Below, in pieces: positions 48,257-62,697 of a DNA stretch of 64,000 bases; the stretch's first letter is position 1; each line of letters opens with the position of its first letter. The translations under genes and the position numbers were made by a program. The notes under the pieces were generated by a model, which was not told the origin of the DNA, searched no databases, and saw nothing but the letters and a program-made list of their open reading frames with translations. The stretch is from the human T2T-CHM13v2.0 reference genome, Homo sapiens. The stretch is from assembly GCF_009914755.1 (NCBI RefSeq), contig NC_060934.1. One strand, given 5' to 3'.

Positions 48257-48481
48257 GGGTGAAGATCAAGCAGGCAGCTCTGGGGCTGTGAGCTCTAGGG
48301 TAAATGATCCTGCCTTACTTCCTGTACTGGAGTCCCCAGATACCCTGGGCAAGTAAGGTGCTTGGACAGTCTTCTGGGAAGGGCAGCACCAACATGGAGT
48401 TGGCTGCAATGTATTATGCATAACTCAAAACAAGATGTTGTCAAACACCTCTCACTTATGTCACTTGTGCTGGGAAACAGA
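48257..48481 (-). repeat. 225-bp inverted repeat, right arm
   Basis: See left arm. Confidence 0.95.
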
Positions 48482-48889
48482 TGAGTAAAACAATGCCTGC
48501 ATCCAAGGAGCTCCATCTGCAGTGGCAAAGTCCAGGGGGATAGTGGTCACCGTGCAGTATAAAAAGTGCAGCAGGAAGGTTATATTAGCACAGAGGACCC
48601 ATTAATTATCTGAGGGCTCAGGGACGGCCTCCTGGAGAACATGACATCTGGGCTACTTGGAAGCTAATTGGATGTGGGAATGGAAAGTGAAGGAGTTAAG
48701 GACTGGAAACAGGATGGGCTTTGGGTCCTCCAGGTAAGAATGTCCAGTTCATTCTTGGATATACAAGATAAGAGCTAGACATTTGGAGCCAGCAGCAGAG
48801 AGAGGATGGGTAAAGGAAAGTTAGTGAAGGAAAACATATATGGAGAGGATGTAGCATAAGAAGAGATTCGAGAAGGGCCGAGACAGAGC

Positions 48890-49050
48890 AAGGCATGGTA
48901 GCACACACCTGTAGTCCCAACTACTGGAGAGGCTGTTGTGAGAGAATCAGCTGAACCCAGGAGTTCAAGGCTTCAGTGAGCTATGATCATGCCACTGCAC
49001 TCCAGCCTGGGTGACAATGAGACCCGAACTCAAATAAAATAAAATAAAAT
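48890..49050 (+). mobile_element. Alu right monomer (FRAM or truncated AluJ)
   Basis: TSD ggcc(g/a)agacagagc. Confidence 0.85.
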
Positions 49051-51943
49051 AGGCCAAGACAGAGCCACAAGAAACACAGCATTCAAAAACCAATACATGC
49101 CAGCAGAGTACATGGGCTCTGGGGCCGGCCTGCCTGGGTTGGAATCCCACCTTCACCACTTTAATTAGCTTTATGATCTTAGGCAAGTGATTGCTTCAAT
49201 TTCATTTCTAAAATGCAAATGATAAGGACATATACCTCATAGGCTTGTTGTAGGATTAAATGAATTAATACCTGTTAAGTAGACTCTGTAAAAGCATTTG
49301 GTGTCACTGTTATTTCACTGATGTCGGAAAAGGGCAAACCCAGCCAATGATAGAGTCAGCACTGCCCAGTTGAGATCTCCTCGGTGAGGAGAGGTAAAGG
49401 AGCACTCCTTATAGGAAGCAGATCAGAGCTGAGGAGGGACACGTCAGGCTTGGGATGCCACCACCTCCTGGCAGGGTAGGGACTGTGTTTGTCTTGCTCA
49501 TCATGTGCTCTAGTGCCCACTGGAGTGCGAGCTCTAGAGGGTAGACACTCAGGAATGATTTGCTGAACAAGTATATATTTGTTGAAGTTCCCTGACTTAG
49601 CTGGAGTGAAGGGGCTGCAGGGAGCAGGCAGTCCAGAGGTGGCAGCAGCTTGGGGTGAGGTTTACTAGGGGGTATACCCTGACTTTCTGGCCTCTGCCTG
49701 GGATACCTAGCTGTCTGGGTGAGTGAGCTTCAGGGATGGAATCTCTCACAGGCCTTCTCCCACACATTCTTCTCTAATTCAGAAGGACCCTGTCCTACTC
49801 TGCATGTCATAGGAAACTTAAAATTTTAGATACATGACAGAATAGGAACATTTGTAAGCAACTGGTAAGCACCAATGCCACATTCTCTGTGACTTCTCAG
49901 AATGCTAAAATTCTGTTTCTAAAGGGAATGCGACTCGGCTGCATCATTCTGATTCTGGAGCTAAGCTCCGCACAGTGTTTGCTGAGGCATTTCTTTGCCC
50001 AGTAGATCAGGGTGGCTGTGTGGGGAGCAAAGCTTTAAAAATTTAAAGGCCTGTGCTTTTACATTACCATGCTCTACTATCTTCCATTTTCTCTTTTATG
50101 AAGATTAGACTCAACAGTAAATTAGCAAACAGTCTAATTTACTGTTGAGTCTAATCTTCATAAAAGAGAAAATGGAAGGCAGTAGCATGGTAATGTAAAA
50201 GCACAGGCTTTTGATTTGGCTCATTCCTACTTTGCAGGTGTGTAACCTTGGGCAAGCTAGTTTACTCACTCTGAATCTCACCTTTCTCATCTGTAAAATG
50301 GCAGCAGTATTAGTACCAGCCTTGTAGAGCTGAAAGGATAGGATAAGCAGCGTCCCTCTCACAAGCCTACCATTTACATGGAGAGTGTTGTTATTGTAAT
50401 TATGATTATGAAAATTATGCAAAGAGGAAAAGAAATTGATTTATAAATGGTCCCACAATAGGATCAGGATAGTTCGGAGCTAACAGCTCAGTTATATCAA
50501 GACATTTTATGTAAACTGTTAGTGATGGATTTTAATCTCATCATATTAAAGTGGGATGAAATAAGTAGGACCCTATTCTAGGGCCATCAATTAATACAAT
50601 TACAAAAGGGGAGACTCTGCATGAGATGAGGCTTACTTCTGAACAGCATTTAATAATTGGCTTCACAAGGAATGATCCATTCAATTCAATTAACTATGGT
50701 GAGAGAGAAGAGGATAACACATTCTGCATAGCTGTTGGCAATTCCCCAAATTCCATTTAACTAGACATGGTATTTGCAAATCTCAGTGAAAATATTCTCC
50801 CTAGTTGATTTTAAAACAGTAAATAACTCTAGTGAACTTAGAACCCAATTTCTGAGTACAGTATTTAGGGATTTATAGTTGAAGAATTTGAGAATAATCA
50901 ACTGTCTCTTGCAAACTGTGGGCAAGCCATTCTGCAAACAATAGAAAGATACCCAGAATAACATGTTCTCTACCCTCAAGGAGGTGACAATTTAGAGAAA
51001 ATGGACATATACACAACTGGTTTAATTGCAAGACAGAGTATGCTTCTTACTTTTTTTTTTTTTAGTTTTGCTTACATTTTATTTTTACTTATACACAAGG
51101 GTAAGATATTATAGAAATTGGTGTCACTATAAGTCTAAAAGAGCACTTTCAGTAAATATAAAATAAAATTTCATAATGATGCATCTTAGCACAAATGAAG
51201 CAAATGATGTCTACAAATCCATATCCATTGGTGTTGCTGGCTTTAACACACTTTTCTTTTAATGTTTTGGGATAACATGAATTATTACACTTTCTGTGTG
51301 ATACAGTTATACTTAACACATTCTAAAATAATTAATGGAGTTCTAGAATAAGAACACTAGGTTTTTATAGTATGTATATTACATTGTTAGTTTTAAAAAT
51401 ATTATAACCAGATGACATCTTAGTGATTATTCAATTTATGTTACAGGTAAGTTAGGTAAAGCCCAGATAGGTTAAGTGAATTCCGTATGATTTCCAGCTA
51501 GAGTTAGGCTTGGAATTCAAGAATCTTGGGTTCTTTCTCTTAGGTCTGCATGTTTTCTGCTATACCATCCTTAGGAAACTCTGTTATCTCCTTACCCACA
51601 ATTTCATGTGTAGATAAAATAAAATGAAGATCATAAATAGTATTATAATGACATAAACCAATACTTCTGTCAGCTTAGAATTGGGACTTGTCTACAATTC
51701 TGTTCTAGTGAACAGAAAATGGATACGGATTTGTAGCTTCTTACTTTTCTTATACTTGCTTTAACTGCTCCCACCCTCATGCCTAGCATAGTTCCAGGCA
51801 AATTCACAGGCATGCAGTAACTGTTTGTGGAAAAAATAGGCATTACTACAGAGATATAAATAAAGTGCTTTGGGAGGGCAACTGGGACCAAGAAGTGGTA
51901 GAAGAACCAGATTTCTAAAGATGACAGCATATAAATGGTAAAG

Positions 51944-52171
51944 TAATTATCCAATTATTATATCAATCATACTTTTATATATAATTATAAAATAATAATT
52001 TTATATATAATTATAAAAAATCTGACTATAAAAATTTTAATTATAATTATATTATTATATAATTAAATATAATTAAAATATAATTAATTATAGTTATATA
52101 TAAATAATTATTAATTGTTAATTTTATGTATAATTATAAAAATAATTATCCAATTATTATATCAATAATAC
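51944..52171. repeat. AT-rich tract bounded by 29-bp direct repeats
   Basis: taattatccaattattatatcaat(c/a)atac at 51944-51972 and 52143-52171. Confidence 0.85.
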
Positions 52172-53287
52172 CACTATTTAATTACTTGCTTATGTTATTT
52201 TCCCCCATGAGATGCCAAGCTATCAATGGGCAGATACCATGTCTGTCTTGTTTACTAGCGCCCAGCACAGTGCATACTATATAGTGGATACTCACTAAGT
52301 ATTTATTAGAAGAGGGAGGATCACCTCAAGTCAAGATATATTTGTCAAGGTTCTTTTTTCAGTTATGAGTTAACAGCAACTCAATTCAAATCTGTTCAAA
52401 CAAAATAAGAAATTGGTGTATGTATATGGAGTCATCAGAGGGCTTCAGGGATGGCTGGATTTAGGAACCCACCAATGTTTTTAAAAATCTATCTTCATCT
52501 TTTCTTGGTGTTGGCTTCCTTCTTAGGCAGGCTTTCCTTATATTATAGCAAAGACAGCTCTCAACAGCTCCAGGCTCATATCTTTACAGTTTATGATTCC
52601 AACAAAAAGGTTGTCTCTTTTCCTGATAGCTTCAGTAAAAGACTCAAGAAGGGCTTTAGTTGGCTGGTGTAGGTCATATGACAATCTTTGAACAAATCAC
52701 TGAGGTCAGGCTTGCAGGAAGGAGTATGGTCAGCCTTATGTAATCTGTATAGATTAAGATGTTAGACAGCCAAAACAAAACCCCCTACACAAGGAATCAG
52801 ATTGAAATGAGCCTAAGAATAGACAAAGAATAGAAAATGATACACATAGTACAATTGGATTGTTATCTGGATAAGTGGCAGGTAACAGTAAAAAATTAAT
52901 ACTGGAGACGTAAATTTAGAGCAAATAGTGCCATCCTTGAAAGCCAAAAAGAGATTTAGAGTTTGTTCTGAAGACAAATGTGATGTAGTTTGGGGGTAAG
53001 GGGAGATAATCTGAGCTGTGTTTGAGGCTCTGAAAAAGCTACCTTTGGGTACTTGCCTTTTCCCCTCTGTGTCTCTCCTAAGCAAAGAGTCATCAGTGGA
53101 ACCATGCCAAGCACAGCAAGGAGTTCAAGAGACTCTTCTGCACCCACTTCATGTCAAGGAGGATGCCTGGGTGTGGGAAACATGCTGGCTGCTGTATCCT
53201 CAGAACTGAGATCCTGGCATGAATGAACCATGGCCCGTGCTTTAAGGAGCTTATGATTAGAAGAACTTGGTCTAGGACAACATTTTA

Positions 53288-53481
53288 TACATACATACAT
53301 ACATACACACACACATACACACACACACACATACACACACACACATACATATATGTAGCCAAGCACAGTGGCATGCACCTGTAGTACCAGCTACTTGGGA
53401 GGCTGAGGCAGGAGTTTGTGGCCATCCTGGGCAACATAGAGAGACTCCATTTCTAAAAAGAAATAAAAGCTTAAAAACTAA

Positions 53482-53520
<39 letters not shown>
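53288..53520. repeat. (TACA)/(CA)n, an Alu monomer remnant, then (TA)n
   Basis: Read directly; Alu remnant at ~53357-53465. Confidence 0.85.
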
Positions 53521-53523
<3 letters not shown>

Positions 53524-54556
53524 TGGGCTATTGTAATAGAAACATGCTCTTTTATTCCTAGCAATGAGCCAGGGAAGCCTTGAGAGAAGAGGTAACATTT
53601 GAGTTATCCTTCTCTTAAGAGAAGACTGTACTCGGGGCACAAACCCTTCTCAGGGCAGTCACAGATTCTTCTTGGTCCAGCCTGTTAGTTAGGAAGTGGG
53701 ATTTAGAGATTCCAGTCTTCAGGATTTCTGTGTTCTGTCACCTGAAATTCAGCATCTCTACAACAGTACTTGCAGCAGCAGAGCAGTCACAGTAGTGAAC
53801 ATCTATCCCTTAACTGCACACTAAGCATCATGCTGAGATCTTTAGATACACTCTCCAACTTCACCCTCACAACAATTTTAGGAGGTAAACAGTATGCCCA
53901 TTTTACTGAAAAGGGAATTAGGGCTCAGAGCAGTTAGATGGCTTGCCTCAGGGGCACGCACAGGAAACGGTGGGGCTGGGAGTGCACACAGGTCTACCTA
54001 CCTCCAGCGCCGGGCTCCGCCACTACACCGTGCTGCCTCCCTCCAGCTTCCCCTTGTTCCAAATGGGTTACAGTCTCAATCTCAGGTACAGTTAACTGGT
54101 GAGGCCAGAGAGGTGATTTACAATTTTGCGCTGGTACTACAGAAATGACGCCTGATCTGACTCAAGGCCCTGGGGTGCAGAAAAAGGTCACTAAGCCCCT
54201 GGGTGAGTTCTCAAACTCCAGCGCATATAAGAATCACCAGGGAGTTTATCTGAAAATGCAAATTATTGATCTCTGGCCTTAAGAGAGCCTGATTTCTCAG
54301 TCTGAGGCCTTGGAATCTACATTTGAACAAACACCTAAACACCACCCCCAGTGCTTCTGATGTCAGTGCTCCACATTTGAGAAGCACTGCCTCTGCAAGG
54401 GTGTGTGTGTGTGTATGTGCCTGTGCATGCACACATGTGCATGTTGTGTGTGTGTACATGCCCACATGTGCTAGTCAAGATGTTTCAGTAAAGCTCCATG
54501 GAGGATAGGTATGGATGTGCACTACACATAAACTACTTGAAAGTAGCTTTGTCATA

Positions 54557-54879
<323 letters not shown>

Positions 54880-56218
54880 CTAGACTTTCATTATATTTTG
54901 TAGACTTTACCATTTGAATTCAACCTTTGCAGTTAGAATGACCAGATACCCATTACAAATGATCATCTCTTTGAAAACTTCTGCTTGGCATTTTCAAGAA
55001 ACTTTTCGGCAGAAAGTCATTTGTCTCCTTTTTCTGGACCTGGGAACAGCACTGGGAAGTGTTCAGGCCTTTTCCCAAATATAATCCCTGAGCGTTTGGA
55101 AGCTGAGAATCCTCCCTGCCCACGGCCTCCTGGGACTCTGGATGGCCTGCCTGTCTGCCAGAGACACTGAGCAACTCCATGCTGGAAATGTGGGAAAGAT
55201 GGTCTCTGTCCTGGAGGTCTAAGGGTCTGCTGGGGGAGACAGAACAGGCCCATGTGAAAGAGTCAGGCACACAAATATAACAAAAATAAACCAGAGGCAG
55301 ATCCATGCAGTGGTGAGAATACAAGTGAAACTTTGAACTCAAGGTCCTACATTAAGTCAAAGAGAAGTAGGAAGAAATGGAATGAAAGGTGCTAGGTGAA
55401 CCATGAGAAAAGCCTCCCTAGAGGAGGTAAGCTTCATTCATTCATTCATTCATTCATTCATTCATATGTTCACTCCTTCGCTGACTCTTGTTTAAACTTA
55501 CCGAGGGCAGATCCTGACAGGTCACCGACACTGCTGCTTACCCGTGAGCATAGCAGATCCAGCATCTGCCTTAATGAGGATCACAGCACTAAATGTGCGC
55601 TAGGGTCAGGGTGATGTGGGGGCACCACAGAGCATGCAGTGTGTGGACACACTCCAGGTGGGAAGTCAAGGAAGTTCTGCTCAAGAAAATGATGTTTTTA
55701 TCAGACTCCTGAAGGCAGCCTCACCCTTTCCTTTAGGGGGCCAGGGCGTGAGTACAAGGGAGGCCCCAGCATGTTGGCCTTCCCACCTTCTCTTCCCATC
55801 CTGGCTTGTGTGCCAGAGTATGTATACCTCAGGCCTCAAGTTCAAACCCTGTCCACACATCACCCCCACCCCCACTGCCCTCTGGCCTGGCTTTAGGCCT
55901 AGGGGTTACAATCTACCCTCTGAAGGACTGATCCAGATAAACAGCCCTTGCAGACCAGCAGTGGGCTTGGTGCTGTTTGGACAGGGAATTTGGGAAGCGT
56001 GGGTTTACAAGGGATAAATTATCTAGAAGTGAGTGTGCAGCCTATGGACAGGCACGTCCCCTCCACCCCATAGACTTCTTACTCTATGGAGAGGGCACAG
56101 CTGGACGACAGCCAGTGTGGAGCCTTCTGAAACCTGGGGTCCAGGGCAGGATCCTGATGGCATGGTCTCAGGGCAGTGCTGCCTAAAGGATGAGTAGGGT
56201 TCAATGAATAAAATGCCA

Positions 56219-56352
56219 GGCCGTGTGTGGTGGATCAACTGTAATGCCAATGCTATGGAAGCGGAAGCGGGAGGATCACTTGAGGCCAGAAGTTCAAGAT
56301 CAGCCTGGGCAACATAGTGATACTCCATCTCTACAAAAAAAAAAAAAAAAAA
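56219..56352 (+). mobile_element. Alu monomer (FLAM-like)
   Basis: Diverged left monomer plus poly(A). Confidence 0.85.
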
Positions 56353-58367
56353 ATTGAATCTGGGGTGATGGGGAAGCCTTCCTGCAGAAGGAACAACCAG
56401 TTCAAGATTCCTGAGATGTTAAAAAGCCTACTTTACCTCCCTAAAAGGAGGGATATAGGGGAGAGGTGAGGTGATTGGAGAATGGACAGGGGCCTGGTGG
56501 GCCAAAGTAAAGATTTGGCTTTGCAGAGGACACAAGCAAGACATGGTGGACCAGGGAAAGGTCATTTTGAATGATGCAAGAAAATTCCTTCCAAAATGAG
56601 CATGTGTGACACCAATAAGGTATTTGATGTGAGGAGAGGGAGTAAACTGTTCTATTTGGCTAAGCCCAAGAGTACTGAGAAAAGCAAAAGGAAGGAAAAA
56701 AAGATATTTTGGGAGGGGCAGTTGTGGAGGAGTTGTGGGCATGGTCCAGGGGGTTATGATGTCAGGGTAAGCCCAGAACCTTCTGGGAGAGGTGCTTAAA
56801 GAATTGGGCTGGGGGCCAGATTCTCTCCTCATTCTGTGCTTACTATTGAAATAAGCAAAATAATCTGCTACCATTAACACCTTTCTGCTCTAGTAGCACT
56901 CCCTATGCCTAAACCATAGTACTTTATATTTATATGATTTTTTTGTTTTTCTGTGTGATTGCACAGAAATTCTTTCTGGATTGGCAACACATCCCATTTT
57001 CCACTTAGTAAATGTGACCACCTTTTATGCTTTGGTCAACATTTTGACATTTGTCACTGAATCTTCATTTCCTTTTTGTGTCATTTATTATTTTATAACT
57101 AGCGGTGGCCCTCTCACCATTTAATGCTTATAAAATTATGAATACATCAGACCATAATAAGAATTGTCCGTGAGGCTTGTAAACAGATGTTGGGGTGTGT
57201 GTGCGTGTGTGTGTGTGTGTGTGGTGTGTCTGTGTGTGTGTTTATGATAACAGTGCTTACATAATCTCAACAACCAGGGCCCTGGGGACTCACACTCGGC
57301 AATGGAACAGTTGGTTTAAATTAGGTTTCCATGTGAAATATGGTATCGCTGTTTTTTTCCTAGCATTGTGGGAAAGTATATGGAAAATGATTTGACTGAT
57401 AGGAAATAAATCTGGATGAGTGATCAGGATTGTGACACAAACCAAGTGGTGGTCTCCACCTGCCCTGTGAAGCAGACCTCTCCAGGGGGAGGTGAGTTAA
57501 CCCTTTCCAGCCACTGGACTAGTAAGTCAATGCATGGTATCAGAACAGCCTGAAAGAATGACAACTTTCCAGAGACCCTGATTTGCCATCAATTTCAACT
57601 AGAAAGGAGCTAAAGCCATAGAGACAATATAGCCAGAGGCCTCAACAACTAATGAGTTGGGTGGCTTTGAGAAACTGTTTTTTTACTTTTCAGGATCTCA
57701 TTTTTATTTGTGAGAAGTGTTTGAATTTCCAACTCAAAGAGTCAGTAGGGTTATGATGCTAAGTGTTTGCTGATGGTTTCCCATTTTAGGATAGGGCTCA
57801 TCAAAAGCCAGTCAGACTAAAGGAAGAATTAGATGGATGCACCAATGACTCAGTCTCTGTTAGCAAAATAATTTCTTGCTCTAGTGAGCCAGGGTTTCAC
57901 AAAGGTGACTTTTAACCAAGGAATCAAGTGAGAGGACAGGCATGGAGACTGTGAGCAAGGGGTTACTCATAGCTGCAGGAGACGGGTCAGCACTAGGAAT
58001 CCCAGACAGTTCCTGGGATGATGTGGACCAGGGTTTGTCCCAAGGGTCTGATTCCAGACCTGTTCTCCTGATGCCACCTGAGGGCCCAGTGAAGTCCAGT
58101 ACAGATGGAGGGCAGAGGCACATGCTGGGAGCCCACTAGGCTCAGGACTGAGCTTGAGGGTGGCAGGTAGCCCAGCACGTTTTGCTTCAGTCTGTTTCAG
58201 AAGGGAAGAGGAAGATTATTAATTACTCCAGTGCCTCTGGCTCATACCAGAGAATAGACCTGTTTTATCACTAAAACTCCCTGTTGCTCTGATTTTCCTG
58301 TTTGTTTCTATGTAGGGATAGGAAAGAGGTGTGAGCAACCATTCATTTTGTTTTTTTCATCTCTTTA

Positions 58368-58755
<388 letters not shown>

Positions 58756-59932
58756 ACTGTCAACTTTCACCAGATGAAAGAGCACTGGGCTGGGAGTCCT
58801 ACTTTTGACATCAACAAGAATTGTGACCTTGAAAAGTCACTTCTCCCATGAGCCATAGATTCTCGATCTGGAAAAATGGGGTTGCACTGCCCTCTGTGGT
58901 TGCTGCCAGCACTCAATGCCATTAATTCTTATCATTTTATCCACTTACAGGCAGTATGCCATTGACCTTGAGCTCTTATTTCCTGCAGTTGTCATGGGTC
59001 ACCATAAACTCTGTGTTCCGGCCTCTCTAACTTAGTCCAGAGAAAAGTGTTGCTGTCCAGGCTTCAGCACTGATGCTGAACCAAGCGGAGCTTGTAGGGC
59101 CATGTGAGGTCAAGACCAAGACTTTGGTCTGTTGACAACCAAGCTTATCAACCCAGATGCTAGTCAGGATAGAGAAGGTAACTTAGGTGGACACCAGCAT
59201 CTAAGCACCAAAGTAAAGGTGGCAGCAAAATAATCATAGAGCAGAAGCAGATGATTTAGAGGCTGCATATCATAAGGGGAGGGTGTAGACATGGATTATT
59301 TTTAAATATTGTCCTCCAGTCTGTGTAGCAGGAAAAACGAATCACATTAGAATAACTTTAAGCCCAGAACTGAAGAACATTAGAGTTTGTGTAAACACAT
59401 CAGGCATTTTGTGAGTGGTTGATAATGCAACCTCTGGAGAAGACACCCTAAGTTCAAACCTAGGCTTTGCTACCTTCAACGTGGTTGAAGACCTTACACA
59501 CATCCCTGAGGACAGTAACAGTCCCTGACTCTTAGAATTGTTGTGAGAGATAAATGAGGTAATATAGGTAAAGTGCTTAGAATGGCTCCTGGCACATAAT
59601 AAGTGCTCTATAAATATTTGTTCATAATATTTTGTCATTTGAGGGGCATAATAGATAAAGCATTTGTAAAAGATTGTTTAAAAATGTTTTTATTTTTCCT
59701 TTGATATTATGTATTTTAATACTTAGTAAATGTCTTTAACTGATGGGTTAAGTACATTTCATTTTAATGTCCATCAGTCAAATATCTTTCAATCAAAATT
59801 ATCCTTAGGCCTTATTTTCTTATAGTCAAAAGAAATTTTTTCAATCAAAGGATTTTATGAATTGCCTTTTTCAGCCTTCTTGTTTTAAAGAAAATAAAGA
59901 GAGAGTTATAAGAGATTAAGGACCTATAGGTC

Positions 59933-60277
59933 TTTTTTTTTTTTTTTTTTTTTTTTTTGAGACAGAGCCTTGCTCTGTCACCCAGGCTGCAGTGCAGTGG
60001 TACAATCTCGGCTCGCTGCAACCTCTGCCTCTCGCTGCTCGCTGCAACCTTCAACCTTGAAGCTGAGGCAGGGTTCAAGCGATTCTCCTGCCTCAGCTTC
60101 CCAAGTAGTTGGAATTATAGGCGCCTGCCACCATGCCCAGCTAATTTTTGTATTTTTAGTAGAAACGGGCTTTCACCACGCTGGCCAGGCTGGTCTCAAA
60201 CTCCTGACCTCAGGTGATTCGCCCACCTCAGCCTCCCAAAGTGCTGGGATTACAGGCGTGAACCACCACGCCCAGCC
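59933..60277 (-). mobile_element. Alu (Sx-like) with internal templated insertion
   Basis: TSD aggaccta(t/c)aggtcttt at 59919-59935 and 60278-60294. Confidence 0.95.
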
Positions 60278-60385
60278 AGGACCTACAGGTCTTTCATTTC
60301 CTAATACCAAATTGATATTTTTAGAAAAACAAAGAATGCTTTTGGAAAAAAAAATTGCCAAGCTTCTAGGACATAATTCCCGTGA

Positions 60386-60613
<228 letters not shown>

Positions 60614-62000
60614 TGAATTAATTGTCCAGGGACTCACCTTTACCCAAGCCAGGTAACTGGAAATGATTAACTTGGGAAATGTATTATCTTCTTTCAGCAC
60701 CAAAGGCCCTGTCCCTCAAAGATGCTGCAGAATTCAGCCCCTGTGGGCCAGTCACAATCCTACTTCACTGGGTCTGCTGTGATCCTGTGTTCTTTGCCAA
60801 GCCAAGTGAAATTACTTGGTTGCATAACCCGATCAACCCCACCACTGACTATTCCCCTTCCTGTCCTGTAAACCCCACTGTTATCTGTCTCTTTTCAGGC
60901 CTGCCTTATGTAGTGTTCCAGGGCTATATGCTATAGACCACCAACTGCCCTTAGTAATAACAGTGGCTAGCATTGACAATAGGCCTCCAATAATGTAAGC
61001 TCTCATTATTAACAAACACTATATGTCAAGTATGAGCTATGCACATTCCCTATATTGTATGTTTTAATTCTCAAAACAGGTTTATCAGGTAGATACTATT
61101 CTTATTCCCACATTATACAAAAGAGGAAGCTAAGGCTAAGAGAAATTAAGTCATTCACCCAAGGTCACCTGGCATTGCTGGGAATACAGGCAACCTTGGT
61201 TTCGGAGCCCATGAGCTTGACCACTATGATATCCTGTTCTTATGCTTTTTCCATCAAGCTAATAACAAAATCACCATTCTGTTCATCAGGTTGCCTGCTT
61301 TATCCCCTTTTAGCCTCAGCTACCTGGCATAAAGTAACTGTTCTTACTCCTGTGGGAGGCAGCATGGTATGTGAGGAAGAAGAGCATGAGTTCTTAAGTT
61401 AGAATCAAATTAGGAATCAAATCCTTATCCAGGAATCAAATCCTGATTCCCCCAAGGAATACCTGTGTGATCCAGGCAAGCTACTTGACTTCATTGAGCC
61501 TCAGTTACTTTGTCTGCAAAATGGGGATAATACTAAAAAGCACCTACATCTTTAGGTAGAATTCAGTGAAATAATATAGTATTTGACACATGTGCGTGGC
61601 GTATAGTAAGGCCTCATAAAGAGAAGCTATTGATATTGTTATTGCTTCCTGAGATTCACCATCCTCATGAGGGTTCTCACTATAAAGGAATGTTAGTTCA
61701 TAACATTACTGAGATTTTTCTTTGATTCTCCAGGTCCCTAGGTAGGGATTCTGGGTTAGGGGAGGAGATGAAAACTCCCAGAGTTCTAATTTTTTTTTTG
61801 TCGTTTTCAACTTTCTTAACTTAGAATAAACCCAAATGATCATGTCCTTGACATTTAAAATAGTCATACAAATGCATCAGGCATGGCTCAAAAGAAGGAA
61901 AAAGTGGGGAGAAAAAAAAACAAAGCCTTGGAGAACAGGAGGTTATATCCAGATGATTTAGATTCTCTTTGTGATCAATTTTCTATAAAGAAAACGTGTA

Positions 62001-62322
62001 GGCCGGGCACGGTGGCTCATGCCTGTAATCCCAGCACTTTGGGAGGCCAAGGTGGGTAGATCACCTGAGGTCAGGAGTTTGAGACCAGCCTGGCCAACAT
62101 GGTAAAACCCCATCTCTACTAAAAATACAAAAATTAGCTGGGCATGGTGGCAGGCGCCTGTAATCCCAGCTACTCAGGAGGCTGAGGCAGGAGAATCGCT
62201 TGAACCAGGAGGTGGAGGTTGCAGTGAGCCGAGATCATGCCATTGCGCTCCAGCCTGGGCAATAAGAGGGAAACTCTGTATCAAAAAACAAAACAAACAA
62301 ACAAAAAAAAACAGAAAAAAGA
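62001..62322 (+). mobile_element. Alu (S-type)
   Basis: Full dimer. Confidence 0.95.
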
Positions 62323-62394
62323 AAATATGTATTACATTTCTTTTAAGAAAAGAATTATCATATTTTGATAAAGTCATTTTATTTTAATGATGCT

Positions 62395-62697
62395 TATCAT
62401 TCTGTGTCTGGCAAGTTGGTGCTGGCTGTTGGCCAGGGACCTTGCTTCCTGACCCCACAACATGACTGCCATCACAGCACGGTGACTGGCTCCTTCTGAA
62501 GTGGGTGATCCAAGAGAGGGAGGCAGAGGCTGCAATGCCTTTTATATGATAGCCTTGGGAATCATACATAGTCACTCTTGCCATATTGTACTGATCACAT
62601 AGGACAGCATGGATTCCTTGTGGGTGGGGACTGCACAAAGCCACAAAATCAGGAGATGTGGACCATGGGAGGCCGTCTTGGAGGCTGGCTGCCACAT
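62395..62697 (-). mobile_element. MLT1-type MaLR LTR fragment
   Basis: GGCAAGTTGGTGCTGGCTGTTGGC...GGAGGCTGGCTGCCACA. Confidence 0.7.

Noticed and set aside
46933-48528. Two ORFs sharing the peptide LFPSTSD.SERCLTTSCFELCI on opposite strands
   Set aside because: Explained by the DNA inverted duplication; no recognisable protein, splice signals or evidence of coding constraint.
57803-57816. Short match to a Y RNA terminus (also GGCTGGTCCG near 28437)
   Set aside because: Only 10-13 nt with no extension; chance level.
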